From: the human T2T-CHM13v2.0 reference genome, Homo sapiens
DNA: 64,000 bases
Reading direction: 5' to 3' (one strand)
Assembly (NCBI RefSeq): GCF_009914755.1
Contig: NC_060946.1
Shown here: one piece after another, positions 28,585-44,404 of the stretch
Layout: every line of letters starts with the position of its first letter
Position numbering within the stretch: position 1 is the stretch's first letter
Translations under genes and position numbers: made by a program
The notes under the pieces: generated by a model
The model's input: the letters and a program-made list of their open reading frames with translations, nothing else
The model's database searches: none
What the model was told of the DNA's origin: nothing

Positions 28585-29152
28585 TTATGCCACCTGTTCT
28601 AGAAAGAATTTATGGCAAATTTCAAAGATATATAACATACAACATGAGACGTAATTAAAAGCCGGATGATAGTAATTCCACTATTAAACATCCATCCTAA
28701 AGATATAATGGAAGACACATGAAATGGTATGCACGCAAGGCTGTTTATTGCAGCACTACGTGTAAAAGAAAGTTTTCTGTCAACAATTGGGCCATGTTCT
28801 ATGATCTCAGAGGTTTATAGCTCCACCTTAAGCCTTGAGGACAGGATGAAGTTAGATGAGACCCTGAAGACAGGGGTGGGCGGCCTAGAGCTGTGGATGG
28901 AGCTGGAGGGATGTTGGGATGGTCCTCTGGCCAGAGGAGGCATTTGGGATAAGAAGGTATGTAGGGCGGACTGCCACCGGGATGGTGCATTGACTGCTGA
29001 CCCACATGCTCCTCAGCAGGGGACAGCTGCATCCATGGTGCTCCATGCACACAATCGAATGCTTTGCAGTCAAGAGAAGGCAATGAGGAGGATCTACATA
29101 CTGCTATGGCGTGAAAAAAATAGGGTGCAGAATAATGAGGATAACATGCAAG

Positions 29153-29842
<690 letters not shown>

Positions 29843-31873
29843 CTATAGAGGGAAGGGAAGCGGGAGGTGACGGGGATGGAGGCTAGTCCTCACTGTATAT
29901 ATCTTGTTTTTATAATTTTGGCTTTGGAATCAAGCAAAAATGGTTATTAATTATAAAACAAAATAAATCAACTGGAGAAAGAATTTCCTGAAAACAGAAA
30001 ACAAAATAAAGTTAGTCTAACAATATATCAAGCTAGTGGCTTAAACTTACAGAGAAGAATTATTTCAAGTGACTTTGTAACAGAAGGCTGAGCACGTGGA
30101 TCTCTGTGATATTCCATTTCTTAGATGAATAAATTCTTACTATTACTTATAACCCACAGTATTATAATATACTTATTTGACTGTCCTTCACACTAGAATT
30201 TATTTCTTAACAGCCTGATCAGTAATTGGCACATAGTAGATGTTCTATAATTTGTTTAACCACATTAAAAAAAAAAAAAAGCTCAACACAACAGTAACTA
30301 TATATCCCTAGCAGAAAATATCCAAAAGATTTTTTAAAACTGCTAAGAAATATAAAATTTTATTCAACTTGTTAGTAATAATAATGGTATTGCTATTTTA
30401 AACCATGATAATAGTAATAATCCTATTAGGACCCAAGATTTTTAAATATAAGAGAAAAGAGATACAATTTTAAAATAAAATAAATAAGTGTTGTAATCTA
30501 AGATTTGAATTCAAAATATCAGGATGAATTTATGATGTATTTTTCTCTTAAAAACATATATGCATTTTTCCCTGTGTCTGCCAAAAAGGCCTAGAAATGG
30601 CAAAAAAAAAAAAAATAAGAATAAACATATTTAGCACCCAGATTGTGGTCTCTAAAACCCATTATGTTATTGAAAGGCTTCCATGGCTCCTTGGGGAAAT
30701 GACTGATTCCAGGTTTGGGCAGAAAATGTACAAGATGAGTTCAAAACATCTTATCATGCTAGTAAAAGGAAAGCTACCATGTCAAGAAGACACATAAATC
30801 AACTCAAAAGGGCTCCCATTAGCCAAAGATGGGATAACTTGAGTATCAGAAAGAATAGTGACTTCAATAGATTGAAATACATCAAATTGTTAATAACCAA
30901 TGACAAAAAGATCATTGGTCATGTTTGGAGGGTGCTAAGACACTATCTCACTATTCCAAAATAAATGGGTAAATAACAGTGATGAAGAAATATTCTCTTT
31001 GATGTTTTCTAGCTACTAAATGCAAAAGAAATAGAATTAGGACATCATCCTTCTGCAGCCCCTAATGCAATAACAGATTGAGGCAATGCTGATCAATGCC
31101 AAGGCCACTGGGGAAAGGCTGATGGGAAACTTGATAATGTGTGGATCAGGCAGACGATACCTGAGCTCAAGGACCACTCTTGACATCTCAACAGAGAGAC
31201 TTGCCAGTCAGATGTGATGCAAGATAATGGCCCCTACCCCCACCCTGCACCAGGGAAGTATTCTTGCCAGAATCCAGAACCTGATTCAGATAAAAATCTC
31301 TGCATTTAACTACTAGTTTACAGGAAATGCAGGTGATAGAGGAACAACATGGAGCTGCCATTGGCCAAATTAGCATGTAGGAAATTCTACAGGAAAAATG
31401 GCCTCCCCCCACCAACAAATAAATGACAAGGAAAAAAAAAAAAACAGAGGAGACTGAACTGTTATAGATCATAAGAGGCTTATGTCATACTAACCATGTG
31501 AATATGAAGGACTTGTCTGCATACAATGGAACACATCAATTAACAGGAGGCTATTGAACACTGATGATATACTAGATGATATTAAAGAATTATTATTATG
31601 TTTTTAGGTCTTTGGCTACATTAGAGACAAAAAAAGAAGCTTTTGTGTGTTAGAAATATTCACTGAAATATTTATGGGTGAAATGACTTGATATCTGAGA
31701 TTTGCTTTAAAATATTCCAGTGATCTACAGAGACAGGAAGCAGAGGAGCAATTGCCAAGGACTTGGGGGAGAGGAATGGGTAGTCACTGCTAATTGATGT
31801 GGGATAATGAAAATGTGCTACAATTATACAGCGGTGATGCTTCCACCTTGTAGATATTCTAAAAAACACTGAA

Positions 31874-32287
<414 letters not shown>

Positions 32288-32761
32288 TCAGTGGATAATG
32301 GTTGAAGTTGGGTCAAAGGTTTTTTCTTTTTTTTTCTTTTTTTTCTTTTTTAGTGTGAGGCTAAAGGTACATGGGGTTCCAGTTTACCATTTTCTCTTCT
32401 TTTGTATATATTTGAAACTTTTAGGTTAAAAACAAGCAGGACTAAAGGAGAAAAACAAAGATGAGGACATAAAATTGTACTTAGACTGGGGTTAACAGTG
32501 GTTATGTCTGGATATAGATGTGGCCCCTTTTTTGTGTGTCTGTTGAAGAAAAGAAACTTTGATCAGTAACATGATTCAGTCTCCCTAAGAGGAAAAAGCA
32601 CGAGGTGCCTAAGAGATTTACAACCCATTCTTGCAATAAAATCATATGATGTTTCTCCTGAGCTCCTCCTATAGAGGACACTGCGATATGTAACAAATGT
32701 AAGCCTCAACAATGCTCTTTGATGATTGGCTGTTTCCTATAATGTCACTTAGTTAGGCTTC

Positions 32762-33138
32762 TGTCTTACTCTACTGGAGCTACTATCACAAAATACCAGA
32801 GACTAGGCGGCTTAAACAGCAGACATTTATTTCCCACAGTTCTGGAGACTGGGAAGTCCTAGATCAAGGTGCTGGCATGGTCAGGTTCTGGTGAGGCTCT
32901 CTGCCTGGCTTGCAGATTGCTGCCTTCTGGCTGTGTCCTCATGTGCCACAGAGAGAGAGTGAGCAAGCTCTCTGGTATCTCTTCTTATAAGGACCCTCAT
33001 CCCATCATGAGGGCCCCACCATCGTGACCTCATCTAAACCTAATTACCTCCCATAGATCCCATCTCCAAATCCCATCACTTTGGGGATTAAGGCTCCAAC
33101 ATATGGGCTTTACCGGGGACACAATTCAGTCCAGAGCA
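32762..33138. mobile_element. MLT1A-family MaLR solo LTR
   Basis: TG...CA ends; cagttctggagactgggaagtcc..gatcaaggtg core; ...acacaattcagtccagagca end. Confidence 0.8.
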
Positions 33139-34438
33139 TCTCATGTCCTCATGTCCTCTCCTTAAAGCATGATTCAAAGAAAGCAGTTTGCAGATGGCCA
33201 ATAAATGCAATGCAGTGATCATTTTGATCCATTTTTAAATAAAGCTTATTAATTACTTGAAAAAATTATATACAGACATGGCAAAAAAGGTAAAAGATAT
33301 CAAAAGGAAATCTGGAAAAAAAATAATTCTAAACCTCAAGCCTCCTGGTGATAAGATTTCTTTGTACTTGTCTGGAAATATTCTATAAATATAATAATGT
33401 AAGGTGATAGAAATGGGTCTCATTCTGTCTCAGTCTGAAATGAATCAAGAAGACAAAGTTGCTATTTCCCAAAGTGTGCTATGAGAGACTGCTATAGTCA
33501 AGACCTAGCAGACTCACCCATGTATTATATAACAAGGTTAGGTTGCTGGAGATTAGGGAAGTTTTTTGAAATGGTGGTTTCTTTGGAAAATGTTGTGTCA
33601 GCCTACTCTGGCCTTTTGGTAGATAGGTCTGGTAAGAGAGTCTATGGGACACCCAGTGAGGTGGGGCCTGGTGAACTGGTGCTGATCCCTAGGGCATCTG
33701 TAGGTGAGCATCCCAGCCTTTGGGGTTGGCCCACATCCCAGAGTTTATCCAGGCTCAGAATGCAAATGCTTCCTGTGGACTACAGTTGGGCTGTATGGGA
33801 GAAAGGCTGGCTTTGAGCCACTTAAAAATCTTACATGGGGGAGCAGCAGCTGAAGGAGAGACATTGCCACCTCCACTGCCACCACCACGGTCCACACCAT
33901 CATCATCCCTCACTGGACCATCGCCATCATCTCCTTTGAAAATTCCCCTTGCCCAGGCCAAATGTCAGGCTGATTTCCTCAAAATCTCCGGAGGTACCAG
34001 TGTCTGTTGAAGCTCTGCAGGCAGATGTGTGCAGCCCAGGTTGGAGAGGTGGTGTCTGGCCATCTCTCTTTTGCGTTCAGCCAAACTTGGTCCTGCCTCA
34101 GTGACTTTGCACTTGCTGTTCCTGCTGCTTGGAACAATTTTCCTGAATATTGTCTGTGGCTGGTTGCTTCAGGTTTCAGCCCAGATGGTCCCTCAATACG
34201 GGCTTTTTCCAAGTACCTGATATACAGTGGCCACTCCTCCCTGTCCGCTCTGGGAAGTCTCTACTGAAATCCCCTGGTTTATTATCATTTTTGTTACCAC
34301 CTTCACCTCTCTGAAATTACTTGTCTGTTAATATATTTACTGCCTTTCTCCTCCACTAAAATATAAGCTCATAAGACTAGGAACCTTCAGTGTCTTGCTA
34401 GGGAGGCAATTTACCAGCATGTTTAAAAATGCAAGCTC

Positions 34439-34720
34439 TCTGTCCTTAGGCATCCTTAGTCACCTGCTCTGTAACCGTCCTTCCAGCCAAACTATTCACC
34501 CCGCCACTCCGGCTCGTACCCCTGCTTTCTTTAAAATAGCCAATCGGAATTAGCTTAGACTGTGTGGGCCAACCCTAGCCAATAGGGGAAAGACACAGCA
34601 GAAAGAACTAGCTGCATTAGGAATAAGACCCCCTTCCCCTCCCTTGTCCGGTGTGCTCTCGCCATTGCTCCATCTGCGAGACACACCCTTCTCTAGAAGT
34701 AAAATTGCCTTGCTGACAAA
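34439..34720 (+). mobile_element. LTR10-like (HERV-I) U3-R fragment with short A-tail, inserted into a MIR
   Basis: agccaatcggaattagcttagactgtg...gtgtgctctcgccattgctccat...agaagtaaaattgccttgctga matches the recalled LTR10A/F consensus; 14-bp TSD aaaaatgcaagctc at 34425-34438 and 34721-34734. Confidence 0.8.
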
Positions 34721-35960
34721 AAAAATGCAAGCTCAAATCCCAACTCCATCACTTATTCGCTGCATGCCCTTGGGTAAGTTACTTAACCTCTCTGTGTCTC
34801 ACTTTCCTCATCAACGAAATGTGGATAACTTGAATACTGGATTGCTGTTGAGCATTCAATGAGATACTACATGTAAATGCACTAAAACAGCACCTGGCTC
34901 ATCACAAATGCTCAATAAATGTTATAAGTATCATTATTATTCCTTTTTATACCCCTAGCACCCAGCATAAGGCCTGGCACATAGTAGGTCCTCCATAAAT
35001 AATTGCTGAAAGAATGAATGAAGAGGCCAGTCATGAGAACTGTGGTGGGAAGAGAGTCTAGGCCGAGGAAAAAAGGAGGTGCAATAGCCCTGAGGTTGAT
35101 GCTGAAACTCACAAGCTGTAACAGAAAACTGGGTCTTAACATCCTCTTACGAAAGCTGAAGGCTAATAGGGAATAATGCTTGAAGAGGGGACATCCCATC
35201 TCCCCTGAGAGAGGAACACAAGGAGTGAGGCCAAGATCCTTCCCAGAAAGTGATTTGGAATCAATCCTGATACAGAAACACATAAGCAACTGAAGCTTAT
35301 TGCCCTATTTCAATCACCCAGAAAACATTTAAGGCAACCATGACCAGTTGCTCACCCTGCTGAGTTTCTCTCCAGCAAGCCTCCATAGAAGTCCCAGCTT
35401 GGAGCATGCTCCCTCCTGGTGTGATGGCCGGGACATACTGGTTTTTTTAAAGTAAAGATAACTGCATGAGGTAATTTACTGAACCAGGTTATTTACAAAT
35501 CAGTGAAAAGTCAGGAGGATGCATACCAAAAATAATCACCATAGGTTCAGAACAGTCACTCTGTGGCCTTTCTTTCTGGCAAAAATTAGCTGGCAGGGCC
35601 AACTGGATGTTCAGGCCACTCCTAGTTGGAGATAATAAAACCATAACCCGGGCACACAAATGGATGCTTGTTTTCCTGTTTTTATAACAGGAAGGCATGC
35701 ATCCAGCTCATTCCAAAGGGGTATCAGCTCATTAAGAAACTAGTCAGATGGGGTCAAGGGGGATAAACTAAATCTCTGTTTTACCTCCCAGGAAATTCTT
35801 AACCAGCCTGCATGTCCCAGACTCTCAAGACAGGATTAAGTACAAGTTCTGTGTGACGAGTATTAATACCAGGTCATGCTCACAGAGTTTAGCTCAGAAT
35901 CAATTCCCGAGCTCATCAAAGGCTTAGAAGCAGCAATGGGGACTTGCAAAAACCCTAAAG

Positions 35961-36508
35961 CAGAGGTTCCCAAGCCTTCTTGGTTTATGGTGCCCATCTC
36001 AAGAATTTTTTCACGGCATTCTTAAGGCCAAAGAAGTACTAAGCAGATTCACGTATTAAGTAGTTAGAGCGAAATAGCTTATTAAGTGTTTACATCCTAA
36101 CAATTTAGTAACCATTTGAAAAAAAGTACGGAATGTTTTTATTTCATTCCTAAATAACTACAATTACTTACTAATGGGATGTATGTGCTTATTGGGCAGT
36201 GCACAAATTCCTGAACCTTAGAATCAGATTGGACACCATAACCCTCATTTCCTCTCCCACGTGATTTTCACATGGTACTTAGTTTTTGGCACAACCACCA
36301 CCAAAAACTCAGCTTCACAAAGATGCAACATCACTGAAAGAAACATACGATCCAATCTAGAAACGAAACTACTTCGGCCATTAATTTACATGGCGTCTGA
36401 CAGACGCTGAGAATTGCTATGTTTCCTTTGAAAATTAAAAATATACTGTGCTACCCCCATGAGTCTGTGGCGCTCCAGGACTTCTCAGTGTCGAGTTTGG
36501 GAACTGGA
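35961..36508. mobile_element. MER119-like hAT-Charlie non-autonomous DNA element
   Basis: Termini caga(g)gttcccaag... and ...gtttgggaactgg; internal ttagaatcagattggacacc matches the recalled MER119 consensus. Confidence 0.7.
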
Positions 36509-36701
36509 GCCCTAATGTGATGACTTTTGGAGTTCTCCTCTAACAGTAAATAACAGAAGTCTCTGGTGTTATATCCCAGGGAAAAAAGCCTGACTGCTCC
36601 TCATGTAAAACACAGGTCTGAGAAACCTATGGGGTGGGCTGGGGGGAGGAGGTATATCCATATACCCAATGACCCAATGACCCAATGACCCAATCTATAG
36701 T

Positions 36702-36846
36702 TTTCTTGTTTTTTTTTTTTTTGTGTGTAGAGATGGGGTCTTGCTGTGTTGCCCAGGCTGGTCTCGAACTCCTGGCCTCGAATGGTCCTCCTGCCTTGAC
36801 CTCCTAAAGTATTGGGATTACAGGTGTGAGTCACTGCACCCAGCCT
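36702..36846 (-). mobile_element. FLAM/Alu monomer
   Basis: Single left-monomer-like sequence with T-tail; caatctata on both sides. Confidence 0.8.
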
Positions 36847-38652
36847 AGTCAATCTATACTTTAAAAAAGTCCACACTTTAGGAAAATTAAAAGGATATCA
36901 CACTTTTTAAGATGGTATAAACTCTGTTCAAGATAGATGCATCAGGACCATGTTCTTAATGCATACAAAGGTGGGTTAGTTAGTGAGAGTAAGCTCGCTA
37001 TTTAGAATAGTCCTTAAACATATCTGAAAAGAAAATGTTGCTCAAACGGTGTATTAAAAAGATTATTAAGGTACCATTTCTATCATGAAGGAGTTCACAG
37101 TCCATGGGAGAGGCAGATACATGAACAGATAATTCTATAGAGGGTGACCAACACCACAGAGGGCATGCGGCTGAGGGGCCCTGATTCACAAGGGGAGGGG
37201 GGATGGGTGCAGAAGTCTTCCCCAGTGAGGGGATGGAGTCCACCTGAATTTTCTTTGTAATGATTATGGAGATTAACCTGCAAAATAACAATTCACAGTG
37301 GGTGTTGGCATGGGGCTTCATCTCATTTTCACACTCATTCTTTCAAGACATCTTTCCTGCTTTTTACTGGGCATTAACTATGTGCCAGCAACTGTACTGC
37401 ACAGTTTACATGTATTATCTCAGTTAATCTTCAAAACAACTGGATGAGCCTCTGGCCATGACGTATCCAGACAAGCCCTGTCTCTGTAAACAACTATAAA
37501 ACTGGAAATAATTTATGAGCCAACTGTTTCTAGGCAGCAGAAATAGGCAATGCAAGGCTGTGATCCTAAGAAGAGGGGAATTGGGAGGGGAGCCTCGTGT
37601 TCACCCGGTGCCTTTCCCAGCCTCGTCACATGCCACTCTGCCCTTGCCCGTGACACTCCAACTTACTGGTCTGGCACTTCCTAAACAACCCAAACTCTTT
37701 CCTGCCTTTGGGCTTTTGCATCTGCTGTTCTCTGCCCCCAGAAAGTTCTTCTCCATTGTTCTGTGCCTGGCTGGCTTGTTGTCACTTTTCATATGTTTTG
37801 TGTAAGTGTCACCAGGTCAGAAGTTTTTTCTCTGATAGTTCTACTGTGTTTTTCTCTCTTTTAACAATCTCTTCTTCTCACCAAGAAGTACCAAGTTGAG
37901 TTTGTAACTGTGTATTTATTTGCTTGCTTTTGCATTGTCTGCCTATTCCACTAGACTATGACTTCTCTACCCAGGGCTTAGCACAGCACCTAGCACATAG
38001 TAGGTGCTTAATAAATAGCTGTTGAATGAAAAAAAGAAAGAAGGATTAGATTGGCCCCTCTCCTTCCTGGAGCAAGTGAGGGAATGAGGAGTTAGGAGGA
38101 AAATTAGGAGAAAGGCAATTCCTCCTTCCTCTTTACAATGTTACTGAAGCTCAGAAACCCTGTAGGATATAGCTGAGAAGGCTTTGTGAAGGATTAAAGA
38201 CATGAAGACAGTGTATGTCCACTCAGTAGAGCCTCTTGGCAATCTTGGGAGGGAGATGTTGTTCCTCCCATTTCAGGGATGAGGCTCAGAGATGCGAAGA
38301 ACTTGCCTGAAAGCACCCAGCTAGTAAGTGGAGGAATGAGGATATGAATCTGGTCCTGGAGAATTCAGAACCCCATGATCTGTCCATGATCTTGCCCTGG
38401 TTTGAATGCAGAGGATGGAGGCAACTTTTCCCTTTTCCTATCTTTTCTCTTTCCTATCTTTTCCCTTCCCCACTTCCCCTCATCTGGGTCTTCTGCAAAC
38501 TCCAGTGACAGATGGGCTTGAGCTGGCAAAGTGCAGGTTTTGAGAGTGCCATGGGGCAGGTGCCTAGTCTCTTCCTGGAAGGACCCGGGAGGGCAAGCTG
38601 TACCAGCCAAACTCTATTGCCAAGGTATCCCCCACTGGAATCATGGCCCTGA

Positions 38653-38833
38653 TGACTCAACCCAAGGGCCCCTTAGCCAAGGCAGACTGTGCCAGGGGAC
38701 CCTAACATGGCCGGGGCTCTGGGCTGACTCACAGGGCAGGCTGCCACCACCTGAGTCACCCGCCCCACCTCTGACTGGAGAGAAGAGGCTGGGGAGGCTG
38801 GGGTGGGGCACTGGTCTGGGACCATGTGACTCA
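38653..38833. promoter_or_regulatory. Candidate AP-1/CNC-sMAF enhancer (four TGASTCA sites)
   Basis: TGACTCA at 38653-38659, 38725-38731 and 38827-38833; TGAGTCA at 38752-38758; GC/CACCC boxes between them. Motif evidence only. Confidence 0.5.
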
Positions 38834-39254
38834 GCCTGTGAATAAATAATGATGACAGTGATTGTAATAACAAAAATGATGGACAGTGACAGCTACCTCT
38901 AACGAGTGCTTTCTATGTGCTTGGTGCTATTCTATGCACTATATACAGTATTCATTTAGTCTTCATAACAATCCTATGAGGTAAGTACTACTATTCCCAT
39001 TTCATACATGAACAACTGCGGCCCAGCAAGGTTATGTCATTGGCTGCAGGACTCACAGCTGGAACAGAAAAGCTGAGATTTCAACTACGTCCGTCTGACT
39101 CTAAAGCCCAGACATTCATTCAGTTAATATTTATTGAGCCCCTACTACAAGCCAGACACTGTTGTAGACACCAAGGAGACAATGGCAGGGTTGGGTGGGA
39201 AGATAAACAAATAGATATATGACATATTAGGTGGAGATGAGAGATGAGTGCTAC

Positions 39255-40252
<998 letters not shown>

Positions 40253-40299
40253 GTATGGGGAAAATAAATTACATAAAGTGGGGTAGGGATGATTGGGGG

Positions 40300-40890
40300 G
40301 TCAGACTTGGGACACTATTTCTCATAGAGCAGCTGGAGTTCTCCCTAATAAGACGTCGTCGAGTAAAGACCCAAAGGAAGTGCAGAAACAAGTCACAGGC
40401 CTATCCTGTCGATTCCAGGCAGACAATAGCAAGAGCCAAGGCCTGAGGTGCGACATTGACGTGTGTGCTTGGAGAAGAGGCCGATGTGGATGCAGCGGAG
40501 TGGAGGGAGGGCTGAGAGGTGGGCTGCAGGTCAGAAAGATGGGGAAGGGTCATGTAGGGTCTCAGAGCCACCGCAACGACTTTCGTTTTTACTGCAAATG
40601 GCATGAGGAGCCACGGAGGGTTTCAAGCAAGGGGGATCACATGATCTGACTTATGGCTTGAAAGGTTCGCTTTGTTGTGAGACTAAAGCAAGGACTGAAA
40701 AGCAAGGGACCTGTTGGAAGCCCACTTTCATCATAGAATCCCCATGAGAAGGGACAGTGGCTTGAACGAGGGTGGTACATTCTAGAAATATTTTAAAAGT
40801 AGAGCTGAAAGGATTTGCTGATGGGTAGGATGTGGGGTGTGAAGGAAATGCAGGAGTGGAGGATGATTCCAAGGGCTTTGGCTGGAGCAT
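40300..40890. mobile_element. L2 LINE fragment
   Basis: ggatttgctgatggg.aggatgtggggtgtga...gatgattccaagg is a typical L2 signature. Further L2 pieces lie near 34060-34390, 37620-38030, 46260-47200, 54680-55190, 56690-57160 and 57830-58290. Confidence 0.65.
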
Positions 40891-43507
40891 TTTGAAGGCG
40901 GATCCCGGCTTTCCCCTCCTCAGCCCACCCACAAATGGGAAAGCCTGCGGAGGAGCAGTTGTGCCCACGATCAGAGTCCTTGTGGACAGCCCCAGTCAGA
41001 CGACAGAGAAAGTCTCCCTCCAGGTTTTTCCTGCTCCTAGTGGATGGGAACAGAGACCCCTGAAGCCCAGAATGTCACCTGCGGCCAGCGTAGGTCAGGG
41101 GAACTCGCTCAAGAAGGAAGTTGCCCCTGAGGCCAGCAGGAGAGACAGACAGAGCCTAGGGCATCGGTGACTTCACTGAGACACTCATCACCAGGACTTC
41201 ATGGTGTTTAGGCCAGTTTGAACTGGAATTTTCTAGTATTTACAGCCAAAATAATCTTGATACAGGGTAGGTGCCTTCACTGGCTTCTGGCTGCCCAAAC
41301 CTGCTTGGCTTGCCTATGGGTGTGTCTGCAGAGAAGGTATTTTTGCTGAGGCTCTAGTCTCCAGAATTTGTCACTCTGGAGGGACTTGGGGGGTCCTGGC
41401 TGGTTTTCTTCAGCAGCAGAGGACCTTTCAGTTGGGGGAATGATAATGGGGGCATCTCTTATTTCCAAACTCTGGCAGTTTCCTTCCATGTGGAGGGAAC
41501 AACATCCCTGGCCTGTCGGCTGCCTGCCACTCACCCGTCCCCGGAGCAGGTGACATTCTGATCAGAGAGTTTGAAGGAGAAACGGGGCAAGTGTGGACCA
41601 GTCCATTCTTCTCTTCTTTCTGTTTCCCACGAAGAGCATGGAATCTACTCTGCTTCTGACTGGAGAGTTTGCAGGCCAGGCTCCTACGTGGGGAAGCCTG
41701 TAGAGGCCCAACGCTGCCTCCAAGGCTTGGGGGAGGCAAATCTGTCTCATTCTGGGGTTAAGTCCTGAGGAGCCCATTTGCCTGCACAGCAAAGCCACAT
41801 TCCTCCACATCTTGATTTCTACTAGGTGATATATTTGATTTTGCAAATTCCTTCCTCTTACGACACCCCAGCATAAACCTGCAACGTGGCTGACTGGTTG
41901 GAAGAGCATATTGAAGGAGTGAAGCCAAGCATGAGGTGGGTTGAATTCTTCTTCCAATCCGAGATCCAATGATTCTGTTATCTGACAAAAAGAAGCACCC
42001 CGGTTCTGTCAAAGAGATAACATCCCCCCCAATACTTAATTCTGAAAGGCACATATTCAATGGTTCGTCATGAGACTTTGCACAGTGGATAACAAATAGC
42101 ACCATTGCTGGTGGTTTTATAAAAGTTGCCGAAACGTCTCCAGCCGACTGGAACCTTCCTCCCGCCCTTTCCCACCTTCATTGCATGACCCCTTGGCTTT
42201 GTCAGGCTGAGGACAGGGCAGCGGGCTCCTCCAGAGCTCATTAAGGTTTGCTTTTCCCTTGCTCAAAGTGATCCTTGGTAAATTTCCTCTTCAGGGTCTG
42301 AGAACTCGACCTTTAGTCAAGGAACCATCTGGGTTGGCCTGGAGGGACATTGCTCACCTGTGAAATGATTGCCCCACAGTGACCGGCCCTGACAGAGAGC
42401 TCCTCTCTCCCTGGTCTCTGCCTAATACTCCCCACAATCTGGTCTTTCACGGGGAGTGCCCGACAGTGGACTTGACCGGCTCTGCCCCCTGTCAGCACTT
42501 CCTCACTAAGCCGCTCCACCCTACTCCGTTTTCTGCCCAACAGGAGAATAAAGGAAGCATCAGAGCCTCCCAGGCGAGATTCCAGATTGTCTGTAATGAA
42601 AACAGACCAAGCCAAGCAAACAAAGCAGATGCTTGGCCTAAGCCCTGCTTATTATTTCAATCTTATATGGACATTTCATTGCTTCGGGCCATGTCTGCAG
42701 GTGATTGGCCCAGGGTCCTTCCTTTCTGTTGTTGGGGGGCATCAGCCCAGGCTTTCATGGGAAGGACACAGGATCAACCAGGACAAGGGAAAGAAGAGCC
42801 AGGGGGCCTGAACTCCAGTTCCAGCTGGGAAGAGACCTCACTGGGTGACCTTGGGCAAGTAACTTTCCCTCTCTCAACTCTCAGATTCAAATTTCCACCA
42901 TGCAAGCATAGGGTATAAAAGTAAATCAAGGTTAAGAGAGTGGCCTCTGGAGTCAGAGCATGTGGCTTTCAGTTCTGACTCACCGATTGCCATAACCTCA
43001 TTGCGTTCCCACTCCTTCAACTGTACGCTGGTTATTAGTATCCAGCTTAGAGGCACTATAGGTAAGAGGTTTAAGTAAATTAACTCATGGGAAGTTCTCC
43101 AGGCAGGGCCTGGCATGTAGCATGTGCTCAATACATTCATCATGATTATTATGAATAATCCTATGAAGATCACAGCCTGTAAGGGCAATGAGACATGTCA
43201 AAGTTAAGTACACCAGCAGATTACAGATGGGGCCCCAGAATTCTGCATAAACACAGTGTGGATGCAAAGCAGGGAGGGTCATGTCAACTGAAGGTGTTGG
43301 GGAGAAGTTCAGGAAACTCTTGAACTTGAGCTGAGTTTGGTCTTGATGAGGCTGACACAGGTGTAGGACACTCGTGGAAGATAAAATGGAGGGAAAAGCC
43401 AGAGAACATGGAACAGCCTGGCATGTTCCGGGATTGGAGAGTGGTTGGGTGTGGCTGGAGCAGTGGGTGTGAGGAGGCATGTGCCGAGAGGACCCTGGAA
43501 AAGTTGA

Positions 43508-43880
<373 letters not shown>

Positions 43881-44404
43881 TGAGGTAGCCAGTTCTGGGT
43901 TTTAGGACCCTAGCAAATGGATGGGAGGGGCCAGCTGGGGGGCCACGCAATCCTTAGGCAGTGATTGTTGCAGTTTAGAGCAGAAGTGGTGCAGAGCTGA
44001 CCTAAGACACCAAGATCAGGGAGGCAGGAAAATGCAACGCATGCCTGAGCTGGGAACACAGGACTCAATCATGGAGTGGCTGTGAGGGCCCAAAGGGGAG
44101 CCAAATGATAGAACCATTTGCCGGCCATGACTGCACGTCTTTCATACTGGGAGTCCTGCCCTGCTACAGATGAAGAGGCCCCGGGAGGGTTGAGTCACTT
44201 CTTCCAGGTCACATAGCTGGTGAGCAAAGGAGAAGGATGCCTACTGGGAATCTGGCTTCGCAGCTCCCAGCCATAAACCAAGGCTGCTTCTCTGTAACCA
44301 TGGCCAGCCTTTATTGAATGCTTTTCATATGCCAGGCATTGTTCTAAGTAACTTTCCCAAGGTCACACGGCTAGTAAATGACAGAGCTGTGATTCAAACA
44401 CAAG

